A stretch of DNA of 64,000 nucleotides from an uncultured Nannocystaceae bacterium (GTDB taxonomy: Bacteria > Myxococcota_A > Bradymonadia > UBA7976 > UBA1532): positions 4,492 to 68,491 of the forward strand of contig CAYLJJ010000006.1 in assembly GCA_964384025.1 (NCBI GenBank), in the 5' to 3' direction. How positions within the stretch are numbered: the stretch's first letter is position 1; each line of letters opens with the position of its first letter. The notes below the pieces were generated by a model, which was not told where the DNA came from, did no database searches, and was given only the letters and a program-made list of their open reading frames with translations. Made by a program: the position numbers and the translations under genes. Below are positions 48,192 through 59,086 of the stretch, piece after piece.

Positions 48192-48497
48192 TCAGTGGGC
48201 CTTGACGGTTGTGAAAGGCATGAGCGCGACCATACGTGCTCGCTTGATCGCGCGGGTCACCTTGCGTTGATTCTTAGCGCAAAGTCCAGTCACCCGGCGA
48301 GGAACGATCTTGCCACGCTCGGTGATGAAATACTTGAGGACGGAGGGGTCCTTGTAGTCGATCACGAGGGTCTTGTCCGCCAAGAAGCGATCTACCTTGC
48401 GGCGACCGCCACCACCACCACCGCCACGACGACGACCGCCGCCATTGCCACCGGCACTGTTACCATTACTGCCACCACCAAACCTAGGCATCCTCAA
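48192..48497 (-). CDS. rpsR: 30S ribosomal protein S18 with Gly/Arg-rich N-terminal extension
   Basis: Core [42 protein letters not shown], preceded by [28 protein letters not shown]. Confidence 0.85.
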   Translation of the reverse strand: MRMPRFGGGSNGNSAGGNGGGRRRGGGGGGGRRKVDRFLADKTLVIDYKDPSVLKYFITERGKIVPRRVTGLCAKNQRKVTRAIKRARMVALMPFTTVKAH

Positions 48498-48870
48498 CCT
48501 CCTTCTGATCGACCTCTTGAGGCTCCTCTGGCTCTAGAATCTCAACGAGGGTCTCAGGATCGATCCCCTCTTCGAGCTTGATGGTCATAAAACGGATGCA
48601 GTTGTCGAGCATACGCAGGATGCGCTCGATCTCCTGAGTCAGACCAGGCGCTCCTACGATAACGAGATAATAGTAGTAGCCCTTGTTCTGTTTGCGAATT
48701 TCATAGGCCAGCTTACGCTTACCCCACTCCTCTTTCTTGAGGTAGGCGCCGCCCATGGACTCAACAACGCGGTCCACGCGCTCAGCGACCTTATTTCGCT
48801 CTTCTTCCGTTGCTTCTGGCTGAACGATGTAGATCAGCTCATACTTGCGTAGTTTTTGCTTTGCCAAGGC
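48484..48870 (-). CDS. rpsF: 30S ribosomal protein S6
   Basis: [17 protein letters not shown]...[12 protein letters not shown]. Start uncertain (TTG after GAGGGAG, or ATG at 48900). Confidence 0.75.
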   Translation of the reverse strand, partial: ALAKQKLRKYELIYIVQPEATEEERNKVAERVDRVVESMGGAYLKKEEWGKRKLAYEIRKQNKGYYYYLVIVGAPGLTQEIERILRMLDNCIRFMTIKLEEGIDPETLVEILEPEEPQEVDQKEVEDA

Positions 48871-48997
48871 TCCCTCTGGTTTTCTATAGCCCACAAGCAT
48901 TTTCGTGAGCAGGGAGTGATTGCCACGCCAAAAAGGCGCGGCAAGATATGAGGAGAGGGGCAAAATTGCAAGGGCTGAGTTAAGCCCAGGGGAAAGC

Positions 48998-51109
48998 TCA
49001 GACGAGGAGGGGAGCGATCACCAGAGCGACGACGCTCATAAGCTTGATCAGGATGTTCAGGGCAGGTCCGGCGGTGTCCTTAAAAGGATCCCCCACGGTG
49101 TCACCGATGACCGCAGCTTTATGAGCCTCAGAGCCCTTACCGCCATGCTCTCCACCCTCGATGAACTTCTTGGCGTTGTCCCAAGCGCCACCTGCGTTGG
49201 ACATAAAGATCGCCATCATGACACCACCCACGGTGGTCCCTACGAGGAGGCCGCCCAGAGCCTCCAGAGAAAAGATACCGACGATCACAGGGCTGAGGAT
49301 AGCGAGGAGACCCGGCAGGACCATCTCACGGATGGCGGCAGCGGTGGAGATCTCTACACATTTCTGATGGTCAGCTTTGGCGTTGCCCTCTTTAAGACCC
49401 TTGATCTCTCGGAACTGGCGGCGCACCTCTTCGATCATGCTGAAGGCCGCACGACCTACCGCCTTCATCGCCATCGCGCTGAAGAGGAAGGGCAGCATAC
49501 CTCCCACAAAAACCCCAGCCATCACGTTGGGGTTCATCACGTTGATGCCAGTCAGCTTTGCCTTGGTGGCGAAAGCGCTAAAAAGGGCTAGAGAGGTCAG
49601 CGCGGCGGAGGCGATGGCGAAGCCCTTGCCTATCGCGGCGGTGGTGTTGCCTACCGCATCGAGCTTGTCGGTGCGCTCTCGAACGATGGGCTCCAGGTGA
49701 GACATCTCAGCGATCCCTCCTGCGTTGTCAGCGATGGGTCCATAAGCGTCCACGGCGAGCTGAATCCCTGTGGTGCTCAACATCCCCAAGGCGGCCATAG
49801 CGATGCCATAGAGTCCAGCGTTGGCGTAGGCCAGGATGATGGCGCCCGCGATGAGCAGGGTGGGCAGCGCGGTGGAGAGCATCCCTACAGAGAGACCAGA
49901 GATGATATTGGTGGAGGGACCCGTGAGGCTCTCCTGGGCGATGTTATGGACCGGCTTACGATGATCACTGGTGAAGTGCTCGGTGACGACCCCCACCAGG
50001 ATGCCTGCCACCAGACCACCGACGGTGGCGTAGAAGACGCCCATGGCGCTGTAGCTGTAAGAACCCCCACTCAGACCTGTGATCTGAAAGGTATCTGGGC
50101 CCAGGAAACCTCGAATCATGAAGAAGCTGATCAGGAGCATTACCGCGCCCGCTCCAAAGGTGCCCGTATCCAAGGCTCGCTGAGGGTTGCCCCCCTCTTG
50201 GGTCTTAACAAAGAAGGTCCCGATGATGCTCACGATGATACCCGCAGCGGCGATAAAGAGCGGCAGGATTACAGGGTTAAGGGCGTCGATGCTGCTCTCT
50301 GGAGCGAGGCCATGTCCCCAAGCAACGCCCAGAATCATAGAACCTAAGATGGCGCCGACATAGGACTCAAAGAGGTCTGCACCCATACCGGCCACATCAC
50401 CTACGTTGTCGCCTACGTTATCCGCGATGGTAGCAGGGTTGCGGGGATCATCTTCAGGAATACCTGCCTCAACCTTACCCACCAGATCTGCGCCTACATC
50501 AGCCGCTTTAGTGAAGATGCCTCCCCCCACACGAGCGAAGAGGGCGATAGAGCTGGCCCCTAAGCTAAAGCCCGCTAGGACATTGAGGACTCGATCTAAC
50601 TTCAACGCGACCAGAGCGCCGCTCCCCAAAATGTCAGTTTGACCGTAGATCAGAAAGAGCAGGCCCAAGCCCAAGACCCCCAGACCCACGACACTCATCC
50701 CCATCACTGCGCCACCGCCAAAGGCTACGTCTAGGGCCTGTGAGAGCCCTGTCCGCGCTTGGTGGGTGGTGCGCACGTTGGCCGCTGTCGCGACCCGCAT
50801 CCCAAAGTAGCCTGCCAGACCAGAGGAGATGGCGCCTACCACAAAGGAGAGGGCGATGAGGGGATGGCTGTCGCTCTGCCCTTTGTTGAGGATGGCGAGG
50901 AGAACAGCGACCACAACGACAAAGATCCCAAGGATCTTGTACTCCCGTTTAAGGAAGGCCATAGCACCGTCACGGATCGCTTGAGAGATCTCACGCATCT
51001 CGGGCGTGCCAACCTCTTTTTGGTTGATCCATTTGGACTTCAAAAAGGCATAAACCAGAGCGGCTATACCTGAAAGAGGGATGATCCAGCTATATTTCAT
51101 CATACTCAA
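48998..51109 (-). CDS. hppA: Membrane-bound proton-translocating pyrophosphatase
   Basis: About 16 TM helices and [22 protein letters not shown] motifs. Confidence 0.9.
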   Translation of the reverse strand: MSMMKYSWIIPLSGIAALVYAFLKSKWINQKEVGTPEMREISQAIRDGAMAFLKREYKILGIFVVVVAVLLAILNKGQSDSHPLIALSFVVGAISSGLAGYFGMRVATAANVRTTHQARTGLSQALDVAFGGGAVMGMSVVGLGVLGLGLLFLIYGQTDILGSGALVALKLDRVLNVLAGFSLGASSIALFARVGGGIFTKAADVGADLVGKVEAGIPEDDPRNPATIADNVGDNVGDVAGMGADLFESYVGAILGSMILGVAWGHGLAPESSIDALNPVILPLFIAAAGIIVSIIGTFFVKTQEGGNPQRALDTGTFGAGAVMLLISFFMIRGFLGPDTFQITGLSGGSYSYSAMGVFYATVGGLVAGILVGVVTEHFTSDHRKPVHNIAQESLTGPSTNIISGLSVGMLSTALPTLLIAGAIILAYANAGLYGIAMAALGMLSTTGIQLAVDAYGPIADNAGGIAEMSHLEPIVRERTDKLDAVGNTTAAIGKGFAIASAALTSLALFSAFATKAKLTGINVMNPNVMAGVFVGGMLPFLFSAMAMKAVGRAAFSMIEEVRRQFREIKGLKEGNAKADHQKCVEISTAAAIREMVLPGLLAILSPVIVGIFSLEALGGLLVGTTVGGVMMAIFMSNAGGAWDNAKKFIEGGEHGGKGSEAHKAAVIGDTVGDPFKDTAGPALNILIKLMSVVALVIAPLLV

Positions 51110-51207
51110 TCCTCCTTACTTCCGGTCTTTCAGCATTACATCGTCATTTTGATTCATCTTAAGCAATCCACTTAAAATAATCTTGTTCCTTAGAACGTTC
51201 GGAATAT

Positions 51208-51774
51208 TCAGCGTACATTGACACTGTTCATCGCTTTTTGTAGGCCATCATCGAGCACTTGGAGGATGGCATCTCGTGTACGTTCCAGGAGATCCGGCAA
51301 CCACTCTCGCTCTTCTGTGTTGAAATTGGAGAGCACAAAGTCACTCGCATCTCCCCGGCTTGGACGACCAATGCCCAGACGCAAACGAACAAACTCTCGA
51401 CTCCCCAAAGATTGAATGGTGGAGCGTAGACCATTGTGCCCCCCATGACCCCCACCACGCTTGAGGCGTAGAGTCCCAAAGCTTAGATCCAGCTCATCAT
51501 GGAGCACGATGATCTGTTCTGGAGAGATGTTAAAGAAACTGCAAGCAGCCTGGATTGAGCGACCACTCAGGTTCATAAAGGTCTGGGGCAGGAGGAAAAT
51601 CACAGAACGATCCCGTAATTTCCCCTTATTATAAAAGCCCTTGAACTTAGAGCGGTTGATTGAAACACCCGCCTCTTGAGCGAGCAGTTTCAGAGCCATA
51701 AAGCCTACATTATGCCGATTGCTTGCATAGCTTGGGCCAGGATTACCCAGTCCCACCAAAAGCGTGTTCTGCAT
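51208..51774 (-). CDS. pth: Peptidyl-tRNA hydrolase
   Basis: LLVGLGNPGPSYASNRHNVGFMAL. The track ORF extends 32 codons upstream. Confidence 0.85.
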   Translation of the reverse strand: MQNTLLVGLGNPGPSYASNRHNVGFMALKLLAQEAGVSINRSKFKGFYNKGKLRDRSVIFLLPQTFMNLSGRSIQAACSFFNISPEQIIVLHDELDLSFGTLRLKRGGGHGGHNGLRSTIQSLGSREFVRLRLGIGRPSRGDASDFVLSNFNTEEREWLPDLLERTRDAILQVLDDGLQKAMNSVNVR

Positions 51775-51987
51775 CGTTAAAGGCCTATCCAAAAATAACA
51801 GACGCGATTCTGAAAGCCGATGCATCTCATCTGCTGCGTTGTATCTCCTCAGAATAGCAACGCTATTCATCGTCGAGACGCTTTACATATGAGCGCCTCA
51901 TCATCCAGATTCACATCATTGATTACTGAACAAGCCCTGAAGCTTTTCCTTTAAGGGATCTGGAGCTTGGCTAGAGAGTGGAGCCGC

Positions 51988-52614
51988 TCAGGCTTCAGCC
52001 TCAGTCTCTTCAGCATCCTCAGTTTCCTCACCATCTTCCATCTCTGCATCCTCATCCAAGAGTCCGCGAGGAGGCTGGACCTTGACCACCAGATAATCGT
52101 GCTCGTAGACCGCCTTGATGCCCTCAGGCAGGTTCAGCTCGCTGGCGAGCACCCCCTGATTGTGGTCCAGTTCGGTGACATCAACGATCACCTGGGCGGG
52201 AATCTCAGCGGGGAGACTGGAAAGCTTGATCTCCCGGTAGGGGATCCGCAGTTTCCCGCCTGTCTCTACCCCGACCGCGCGGCCCTCGGCGACCACAGGG
52301 ACCTCAGCCACCAAAAACTTCTCTAAATCAGGGGAGATGAAGTCCAGGTGAATGATCTTCCGAGAGATGGGATGGCGCTGAAGCTCCCGCGCTAAGACCT
52401 GATAGTGTTCCTGTCCAACCTTCAGATCGACCAGAGCGTTCTTGCCCTTGGGATCTTGAAGGATTCGATCCAGATCCCTGGGATCGATGTCGATGGAGAT
52501 TGAGGACTCGATACCGTGACCGTAGATGACGGCGGGGAGTCGGCCTCGAACGCGGATATCACGAGCACCGCCCTTGCCAGTAGCCTCACGACGATTGGTG
52601 TTGATGGATTGCAT
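51988..52614 (-). CDS. rplY: 50S ribosomal protein L25 / general stress protein Ctc
   Basis: MQSINTNRREATGKGGARDIRVRGRLPAVIYGHG and acidic C-terminal tail. Confidence 0.85.
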   Translation of the reverse strand: MQSINTNRREATGKGGARDIRVRGRLPAVIYGHGIESSISIDIDPRDLDRILQDPKGKNALVDLKVGQEHYQVLARELQRHPISRKIIHLDFISPDLEKFLVAEVPVVAEGRAVGVETGGKLRIPYREIKLSSLPAEIPAQVIVDVTELDHNQGVLASELNLPEGIKAVYEHDYLVVKVQPPRGLLDEDAEMEDGEETEDAEETEAEA

Positions 52615-52634
52615 GAACTTCTCCTCTTGCAGGA

Positions 52635-53573
52635 TCAATCAAAAAGAATACTGATGGAGTCGAGGTCATGGATCCGACGGAGCGCCTCACCGAAGAGTTC
52701 AGCGACAGAGAGTATATGAAACCTCTTGCTCTCCTTCGCGGCAGCTTTGAGGGGAATCGTGTTGGTGACGATGATCTCCTCAATCGGGCTTTGCTCTAGG
52801 CGCTTGATCGCCTCACCTGAGAGCACCGCGTGTGTCGCGGCGGCGAAAATACGCCGAGCTCCAAAGTGTTTAAGGGCCTGAGCGCTCTGGCTGATGGTTC
52901 CTGCCGTGTCGATCATATCATCGACGATGACCACGTCGCAGTCAGCAACATCGCCGACAATGTGCATAATCTGGGCGACGTTGGGAGAGGGTCGACGCTT
53001 GTCAATGATGGCGAGGGTCGCCCCCAGGCGCTTGGCGAAGGCTCGAGCCCGCTCCACTCCTCCTGCGTCGGGGCTCACCACGACGAGGTTATGGAGTGCC
53101 TTCTCTTTGAGGTGTTTGACCATGACAGGGGAGGCGTAGAGGTGGTCCACAGGGCCGTTGAAGAAGCCCTGAATCTGCCCTGCGTGTAACTCCATGCTGA
53201 TCAGGCGCCCAGCACCCGCAGCTCGAAGAAGATCAGTCACCAAACGCGCAGAGATGGGCGCTCGAGGTGCTGTCTTGCGGTCCTGACGCCCGTAACCAAA
53301 ATAGGGGATGACCGCCGAGATGCTCCCTGCTGAAGCCCGTTTGAGGGCGTCCAGCATGATAAGCAGCTCCATGATGCTGTCGTTTACAGGTGCACAGGTG
53401 CTCTGGATCACATAAACATCGGCGCCTCGCACCGACTCGTTGATCTCGACCCAGATCTCCCCATCTGAAAAACGCTTGATCTCGGCGTTCCCCAACTCAA
53501 TGTCGATGTGACCGCAGATCTCCCGAGCGAGCTGGGGGTTTGAGTTCCCCGAGAAGATCTTGACGGCGGGCAT
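52635..53573 (-). CDS. prs: Ribose-phosphate pyrophosphokinase
   Basis: MPAVKIFSGNSNPQLAREI, PRPP-binding VIVDDMIDTAGT. Confidence 0.9.
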   Translation of the reverse strand: MPAVKIFSGNSNPQLAREICGHIDIELGNAEIKRFSDGEIWVEINESVRGADVYVIQSTCAPVNDSIMELLIMLDALKRASAGSISAVIPYFGYGRQDRKTAPRAPISARLVTDLLRAAGAGRLISMELHAGQIQGFFNGPVDHLYASPVMVKHLKEKALHNLVVVSPDAGGVERARAFAKRLGATLAIIDKRRPSPNVAQIMHIVGDVADCDVVIVDDMIDTAGTISQSAQALKHFGARRIFAAATHAVLSGEAIKRLEQSPIEEIIVTNTIPLKAAAKESKRFHILSVAELFGEALRRIHDLDSISILFD

Positions 53574-53591
53574 CGGCTGTCCTCCGGAATC

Positions 53592-53663
53592 CAGGAGCGG
53601 TAGGATTCGAACCTACGATAACGAGAACCAAAATCTCGTGGCTTACCACTAGCCCACGCCCCT
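53592..53663 (-). tRNA. tRNA-Gln (anticodon TTG)
   Basis: Minus-strand read AGGGGCG TG GGCT AGTGGTA AGCC A CGAGA TTTTGGT TCTCG TTATC GTAGG TTCGAAT CCTAC CGCTCCT G. Sits upstream of prs as in many bacteria. Confidence 0.85.
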
Positions 53664-53989
53664 TTATTTGCCGAAAGCAAAAGGCCCCCTCTTTTCAGGG
53701 AGACTGTGGATTTGGGCGGCTCAATAACACGAGGCACAGAGGTCGTCAATCCTGAAAATGAAGGAAGATGATCTATCGCCTCAAGCCGCAAAGATTCTCC
53801 CTGGTGATGAGTTGTCCCAAAGCTGGTATGAAGAGCTATGGAACTGCCCATTACGCTTCTGCTCTTGGCCCTGCTGCTGTTTTTGGCTTGGCTTTCTCCT
53901 CATCTCGTCGCTTTCCTTTTTATCCTCAGCTTGGCTTTTATGGGCTACAGCGTGGGCATGGCGCTGCTCAGTCGTAGGGATGATCCCCG

Positions 53990-56065
53990 TTGAGCCTCAA
54001 GGCTGAAGCGCTGAAGCCTCGCTGGCTGGCGCTCTCACTCCTGTTCCCTGGCTTGTTCCTGATCTGGGGCTTGGCTCCTGGTCTAAGCTGGTTGGATGCA
54101 GGGGAGTTGGGCGCTGCTGGCTGGGAATTGGGCATCGCTCACCCTCCTGGATATCCCCTCTTCAGCCTCTTTCATAAGGGGGGCATGCTTCTGGGTTTGG
54201 GGGATGTAGCTTTTCGAGGAAATCTGGCCTCAGCGCTCCTGGGGATCCTGGCTTTGGCCCTGGCTGGGGCTTGTGGAGGGCGCTTAGGCGCTGGCCCCCT
54301 CAGCCTCTTTATCGCTTTGATTTTGGCCGCCACCAGCCCCCTCTTTGCCCTTCATGCTCTCACGATAGAGGTCTATACAGGGGCCAGCCTCCTGGCCCTC
54401 GCTGGACTCTGGGCCTGGATCCGCTTTCGTCAAAGCGCAGATCTTCGCTTTGTCCCCTTGATCGCTTTTGGGATGGGCCTCGCCGCTGGACATCACGCTG
54501 AGCTGCGGCTCCTGATCGTGCCGCTGCTCTTGGCGCTGCTCTGGAACCTGAGATCTCAACCTCGAGCGCTGCTCCTCAGCCTCCTGGCTGGGCTCTTTGG
54601 GCTCCTCTGCCTCCTCTATCTGCCCATCCGCTCTTTGGGAGAGCCTTGGCGAGACTGGGGTTCACCGCAGAGCTTAGAGGCGCTCTGGCGACATCTCAGT
54701 GGGGCTCGTATTCGAGCAGCTTACACACAGCAAATTTTCTCTCTGGATTGGGAGAGCGTTCAACTCCTGGGGGTTCAACTCCTAAAGAGCCCTCTGCTGC
54801 TGCTCTTGGGTATCCCAGGGCTGGTACGTCTGGCCCTCAAGCCGGGAGGGGCGATGCTGGGGATCTTCTGGCTCTTGGACCTCTTCTACTCTCTGAGCCT
54901 AAATCCGATGGGCCTCATCGATCAGCAGAACGGAACTCCAGGGATTCTGTTCTTGGCGGTGGGGGCTGCTTTTAGCCTAGAGCGGCTCTTCTGGCGCCTC
55001 CCTCCAGTCCTCTTTCCCTCTGATCTGCTGCGGAGAGAACATCCTCTCCTTGGCGCTTCTACGGATCCTCAGGCTTTGAACTCCAAGCTCTACCTCCTCC
55101 TCCTGGGGCTGATTTTAGGGATCACAGCTCTGAGCCTAAGCGCGCTCCGCCGACCTAGATTGAGAGCCGACAGAGGGCTCCCAGAGCTGTTGATGCAGGG
55201 CGCTGCCTTGCCTCCAGAGACCCTGCTCCTGCTCATCTCAGACAGCCAAGCGGCGGGCTGGGCCTTTGCTCAGACTGTAGAGGGCTTTCGTCCAGACGTA
55301 GCTGTGGTGGTGCGCCAACATATCTGGGACCTTTCTTCGATGCGCGCGACCCTGCGACGCTGTCCAGCGGCGCTCAAGGGCTGGAGAGGAGAGTTGAGCG
55401 ATCTGCTGAAGCTGAAGGAGGACTGGCCCCTGGCCTGGGAGTGGGGGTCTGGCTATGATTCAGCTGCTCGCCCTCCGCATCTAGAACCTCAATTTCCCTA
55501 CTTCTCACGCTTCCATGCACCCAAGAAACAGGACTTTTTACGGGAGCTAAAGGCCCTCCTTCAGAGGCTCCCTGAAGGGGCCCTAGAGGCTCCAGTGATC
55601 AAGCGCAGCGTCGCTGGATTAAGCATCGATCTGGCTCGCCAGCAGATCTATCTGCGCCCTGAGTATGCCCTCCAAGCTGCGCGAGCGGCGATAGAGCTTT
55701 GGCCCAGCCCTGAATCTTGGTCTGCGATGGCTTGGGCGCTCTCAGAGCGGGGCCTCTTTAAAGCCGCCCTTGAGGCGATCCAAGAGGCGCTGCGTCTGCG
55801 CCCTGGCTATCGGCAGGATCAGATCAATCTGATCCGTTTTGCTCTGCAACTCAAGCGGCTGGATCTTGCTCTAAAAGAGATCGAGGCTCTCCTCCTTGAA
55901 GATTCAGAGGATCCAGAGGCTCGAGGACTGCGGGGAGTGGTTCGAGGAAACCAGGGAGATTTAAGAGGGGCAGAGGAGGACTTTAGAGCTGCCTTGAGGA
56001 GAGATCCAAAGCAACCTGAAGCGCGGGCGGGGCTGCAGGTGCTTAGGCGACGAGCTTCCCCTTGA
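53990..56065 (+). CDS. DUF2723-type (PMT/GT39-like) polytopic membrane glycosyltransferase-like protein with C-terminal TPR repeats
   Basis: N-terminal WLDAGELGAAGWELGIAHPPGYPLFSL, more than 10 TM helices, then TPR-like helical repeats. Confidence 0.6.
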   Translation: MSLKAEALKPRWLALSLLFPGLFLIWGLAPGLSWLDAGELGAAGWELGIAHPPGYPLFSLFHKGGMLLGLGDVAFRGNLASALLGILALALAGACGGRLGAGPLSLFIALILAATSPLFALHALTIEVYTGASLLALAGLWAWIRFRQSADLRFVPLIAFGMGLAAGHHAELRLLIVPLLLALLWNLRSQPRALLLSLLAGLFGLLCLLYLPIRSLGEPWRDWGSPQSLEALWRHLSGARIRAAYTQQIFSLDWESVQLLGVQLLKSPLLLLLGIPGLVRLALKPGGAMLGIFWLLDLFYSLSLNPMGLIDQQNGTPGILFLAVGAAFSLERLFWRLPPVLFPSDLLRREHPLLGASTDPQALNSKLYLLLLGLILGITALSLSALRRPRLRADRGLPELLMQGAALPPETLLLLISDSQAAGWAFAQTVEGFRPDVAVVVRQHIWDLSSMRATLRRCPAALKGWRGELSDLLKLKEDWPLAWEWGSGYDSAARPPHLEPQFPYFSRFHAPKKQDFLRELKALLQRLPEGALEAPVIKRSVAGLSIDLARQQIYLRPEYALQAARAAIELWPSPESWSAMAWALSERGLFKAALEAIQEALRLRPGYRQDQINLIRFALQLKRLDLALKEIEALLLEDSEDPEARGLRGVVRGNQGDLRGAEEDFRAALRRDPKQPEARAGLQVLRRRASP

Positions 56066-56348
56066 GGGCAGCAGCGGGCTTAAAAGTCACGACCTTGGTG
56101 GCGGGAATCTGGATGGGATCGCCGGTGCGAGGGTTACGGCCTGTGCGCGCAGCACGAACCTTCATCTGGAAAGTGCCAAATCCGGGAATCAGCTGCTTGC
56201 CGACCTGCTTGTCACCGCTGGTGGCGAAGTCCGCCTCCAGGAGTTCCACCAGAGAGCCGAAGATCTGATCGATCGTGTTCGATATGGTCTGGGTGTTCAG
56301 ATCCCCAGTGACCGCCTGGACCTGCTGGACGAGGTTGTTCTTGGACAT
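56043..56348 (-). CDS. HU/IHF-family DNA-binding protein (paralog 2, N-terminally extended)
   Basis: IPGFGTFQMKVRAARTGRNPRTGDPIQIPATKVVTFKP. Confidence 0.75.
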   Translation of the reverse strand: MSKNNLVQQVQAVTGDLNTQTISNTIDQIFGSLVELLEADFATSGDKQVGKQLIPGFGTFQMKVRAARTGRNPRTGDPIQIPATKVVTFKPAAALKGKLVA

Positions 56349-56357
56349 CTTCGCTCC

Positions 56358-56636
56358 TTAATTGATGGCTTTCTTGAGCTCTGGGGCCACCTTAAAGGTC
56401 ACACCCTTAGAGGCAGGGATATCTAGTTTTTCACCCGTTCGGGGGTTCCGACCAACACGGGCTGGGCGCACCTTCACTGTGAAGGTGCCAAAGCCAGGCT
56501 GAACGTAACGCTCCTGCTCTTGCAGGACCTGGGCGATGCCGATGAAGGTCGCGTTAAAGACCTCACCGATCTGTTTCTTGCTCAGCTCTCCGGCGAAAGC
56601 TTTGTGGACAGAGGCGAGGAGATCTTTTTTGGACAT
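56358..56636 (-). CDS. HU-family nucleoid protein
   Basis: MSKKDLLASVHKAFAGELSKKQIGEV...GFGTFTVKVRPARVGRNPRTGEKLDIPAS. Confidence 0.8.
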   Translation of the reverse strand: MSKKDLLASVHKAFAGELSKKQIGEVFNATFIGIAQVLQEQERYVQPGFGTFTVKVRPARVGRNPRTGEKLDIPASKGVTFKVAPELKKAIN

Positions 56637-56794
56637 GGCCTGCTCACTTTATGAGGTCAATCACCGAGGGAAGATAGCTTCGTAAAATTTGGGGTGTCAA
56701 AAGAAAAGTAGAGCTCAGCTCTTAAGATCCTGCGCTCTCCTCTCAAAAAAAACTATCCTGAGAAGCTTTGTTTGGAAAATATAGGGAGAGAGAG

Positions 56795-57745
56795 ATGCCT
56801 GTACTTCTCACAGGTGCAGCTGGTTTTATCGGTTCCAACCTTTGTGAGCGCTTGCTTTTGCAAGGACATCAAATTGTCGGGATAGATAACTTTAATTCGT
56901 TTTATTCTCCGAAAATCAAAGAGAAAAACACCAAAAAATCGTTAAAGCACAGAAATTTCAGCCTTGTGAAAGGAGATATTCTTGATCGAGAGCTATTAAA
57001 TAAGATTTTTGCAGATTATGAATTCAAAAAAGTGATTCATTTGGCCGCGTGGGCTGGAGTCCGCCCATCGATAGAGAACCCATCTGTTTACCAGAAAACA
57101 AACTTAGAAGGAACTGTAAATCTTTTGGAGTGCTGTAGGAATAGCGGGGTTGAAAAATTCATCTTCGCTTCCTCTTCATCAGTATATGGAAATCAAGAAA
57201 AAGTGCCGTTTTCAGAAAGTGATCCGGCAAATGAGCCAATTTCTCCATATGCAGCAACAAAAAGGGCTGGAGAATTGCTCTGCTACACATGGCACAAGCT
57301 CTTTGGATTGGACATAAGCTGTCTACGCTTTTTTACCGTCTATGGGCCGAGGCAAAGACCAGAGATGGCGATTCATAAGTTCTGTCGAGCCCTCAGCCGA
57401 GGCGAGAGGATCAGGCTCTTTGGGGATGGTCTCAGCAGCCGAGATTACAGCTATATTGAAGACATCACGGCGGGTATAGAGGCCGCATTGGAGCGCTGTC
57501 AGGGCTACAGGATCTACAATCTGGGAGGATCTAAGACCACCTCTCTCTTGGAGCTGGTGCAGCTCCTCTCCAGGGCTCTCAACTGCACGCCTGAGGTTGA
57601 ACACCTCCCCCACCAGCCTGGCGATGTACAGCGAACCTATGCCGATATTCGCCGGGCTCAGGAGGAGCTGGGCTATGCCCCACAGGTGAACATAGAGGAG
57701 GGGATCAGACGTTTTGTAGAGTGGTTTCGAGCTCTAGACGGGTAG
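56795..57745 (+). CDS. NAD-dependent sugar-nucleotide epimerase/dehydratase (UDP-glucuronate 4-epimerase-like)
   Basis: MPVLLTGAAGFIGSNLCERLL Rossmann motif and YAATKRAGE (YxxxK). Confidence 0.8.
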   Translation: MPVLLTGAAGFIGSNLCERLLLQGHQIVGIDNFNSFYSPKIKEKNTKKSLKHRNFSLVKGDILDRELLNKIFADYEFKKVIHLAAWAGVRPSIENPSVYQKTNLEGTVNLLECCRNSGVEKFIFASSSSVYGNQEKVPFSESDPANEPISPYAATKRAGELLCYTWHKLFGLDISCLRFFTVYGPRQRPEMAIHKFCRALSRGERIRLFGDGLSSRDYSYIEDITAGIEAALERCQGYRIYNLGGSKTTSLLELVQLLSRALNCTPEVEHLPHQPGDVQRTYADIRRAQEELGYAPQVNIEEGIRRFVEWFRALDG

Positions 57746-59086
57746 AGCTTGGCCGCGACCTATAGCAAAATACTCAAAGCCTCGAGCGGTCATACGCTCA
57801 GGGTCGTAGAGGTTGCGACCATCAAAGATCAACTTGCGCTTGAGGCGCCGAGCCAGCTCCTCAAAGTCAGGGCGGCGAAAGAGGCTCCACTCTGTGACCA
57901 GGATAAGAGCCTCAGCTCCATCCAGGCAGGCGTAATGATCATCCATCAGCTCCACTCCCTCTGGAAAGATCTCCCGGGCGTTCCTCATCGCTTCGGGATC
58001 GTAGGCGCGAAGCTGTGCCCCCGCCGCGAGCAAGCCTCGGATAAGGGGAAGGCTGGGAGCTTCCCGCATATCATCGGTCCTGGGCTTAAAAGAGAGCCCC
58101 CAGATGGCGAAGCTCAACCCGCTGAGATCCTCTCCCAGATGAGCAAGCACCTTCTTGAGCAGGATCTGCTTCTGATCTTGGTTAACAGCGTCCACCGCTT
58201 GGAGAATCCGTAGGGGGTGCCCCACCGATTCTCCCGTATGGAGGATCGCCTTGACATCTTTGGGAAAACAGGAGCCGCCATAGCCCGCCCCTGGAAAGAG
58301 GAACTGATAACCGATGCGAGGATCGGAGCCGATACCCACCCGGATCTTCTCAATATCCGCGCCGACTCGCTCCGCCAAACAGGAGAGATCATTCATAAAG
58401 CTGATCTTGGTCGCCAATAGAGCGTTGGCGGCATATTTGCTCAGCTCGCTGGAGCGCACATCCATAAACAGGATGCGATCTCGAGTGCGGCAGAAGGGCT
58501 CATAGAGCTCCTTGAGGACCCGCTTAGCGCGCTCTCCAAGTTCACCCTCTGGAGTGCCGATGATCACCCGATCAGGCTTAAGGAAGTCGCTGATGGCGTC
58601 CCCCTCTTTAAGGAACTCTGGGTTAGAGCAGACCACGAAGGGCAGGCGAGCTTCTTTGGAGATGATCTCTCGGACATGATCAGAGGTGCCCACCGGCACG
58701 GTTGATTTGCTGAGGATGATCTTCAGCCCATCGATGAGGAGGTTCTCTCCTCCAGAGAGCACCTCTCCAATGCTGCCAGCGACCTCCTCTACATAGCGCA
58801 GTTCAGCAGAGCCATCATCTCCCTGTGGAGTCCCTACTGCGATAAAGATCACCGCGCCATCACGGCAGGCTTGCTCCACCTGGGTGGTAAAACTGAGGCG
58901 CCCTGCCTCCAGGTTGCGCTTCACTAGGGCGCCCAAGCCGGGTTCGAAGAAGGGAACCTCAGCCGCTTTAAGCGCCTTGATCTTGGCCTCGTCAATATCG
59001 ACACAGATCACCTGGTTGCCCACATCAGCCAGACAGGCTCCCGCCACAAGGCCCACATAGCCGCTGCCGATCACCGTAATGCGCAT
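57734..59086 (-). CDS. ugd: UDP-glucose 6-dehydrogenase
   Basis: MRITVIGSGYVGLVAGACLADVGNQVICVDID and catalytic GGSCFPKD. Confidence 0.85.
   Translation of the reverse strand: MRITVIGSGYVGLVAGACLADVGNQVICVDIDEAKIKALKAAEVPFFEPGLGALVKRNLEAGRLSFTTQVEQACRDGAVIFIAVGTPQGDDGSAELRYVEEVAGSIGEVLSGGENLLIDGLKIILSKSTVPVGTSDHVREIISKEARLPFVVCSNPEFLKEGDAISDFLKPDRVIIGTPEGELGERAKRVLKELYEPFCRTRDRILFMDVRSSELSKYAANALLATKISFMNDLSCLAERVGADIEKIRVGIGSDPRIGYQFLFPGAGYGGSCFPKDVKAILHTGESVGHPLRILQAVDAVNQDQKQILLKKVLAHLGEDLSGLSFAIWGLSFKPRTDDMREAPSLPLIRGLLAAGAQLRAYDPEAMRNAREIFPEGVELMDDHYACLDGAEALILVTEWSLFRRPDFEELARRLKRKLIFDGRNLYDPERMTARGFEYFAIGRGQALPV

Noticed and set aside
47729-48963. Missing ssb/priB between rpsF and rpsR as evidence of rearrangement
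   Set aside because: rpsF-rpsR-rplI without ssb is a normal arrangement in many non-enterobacterial lineages.
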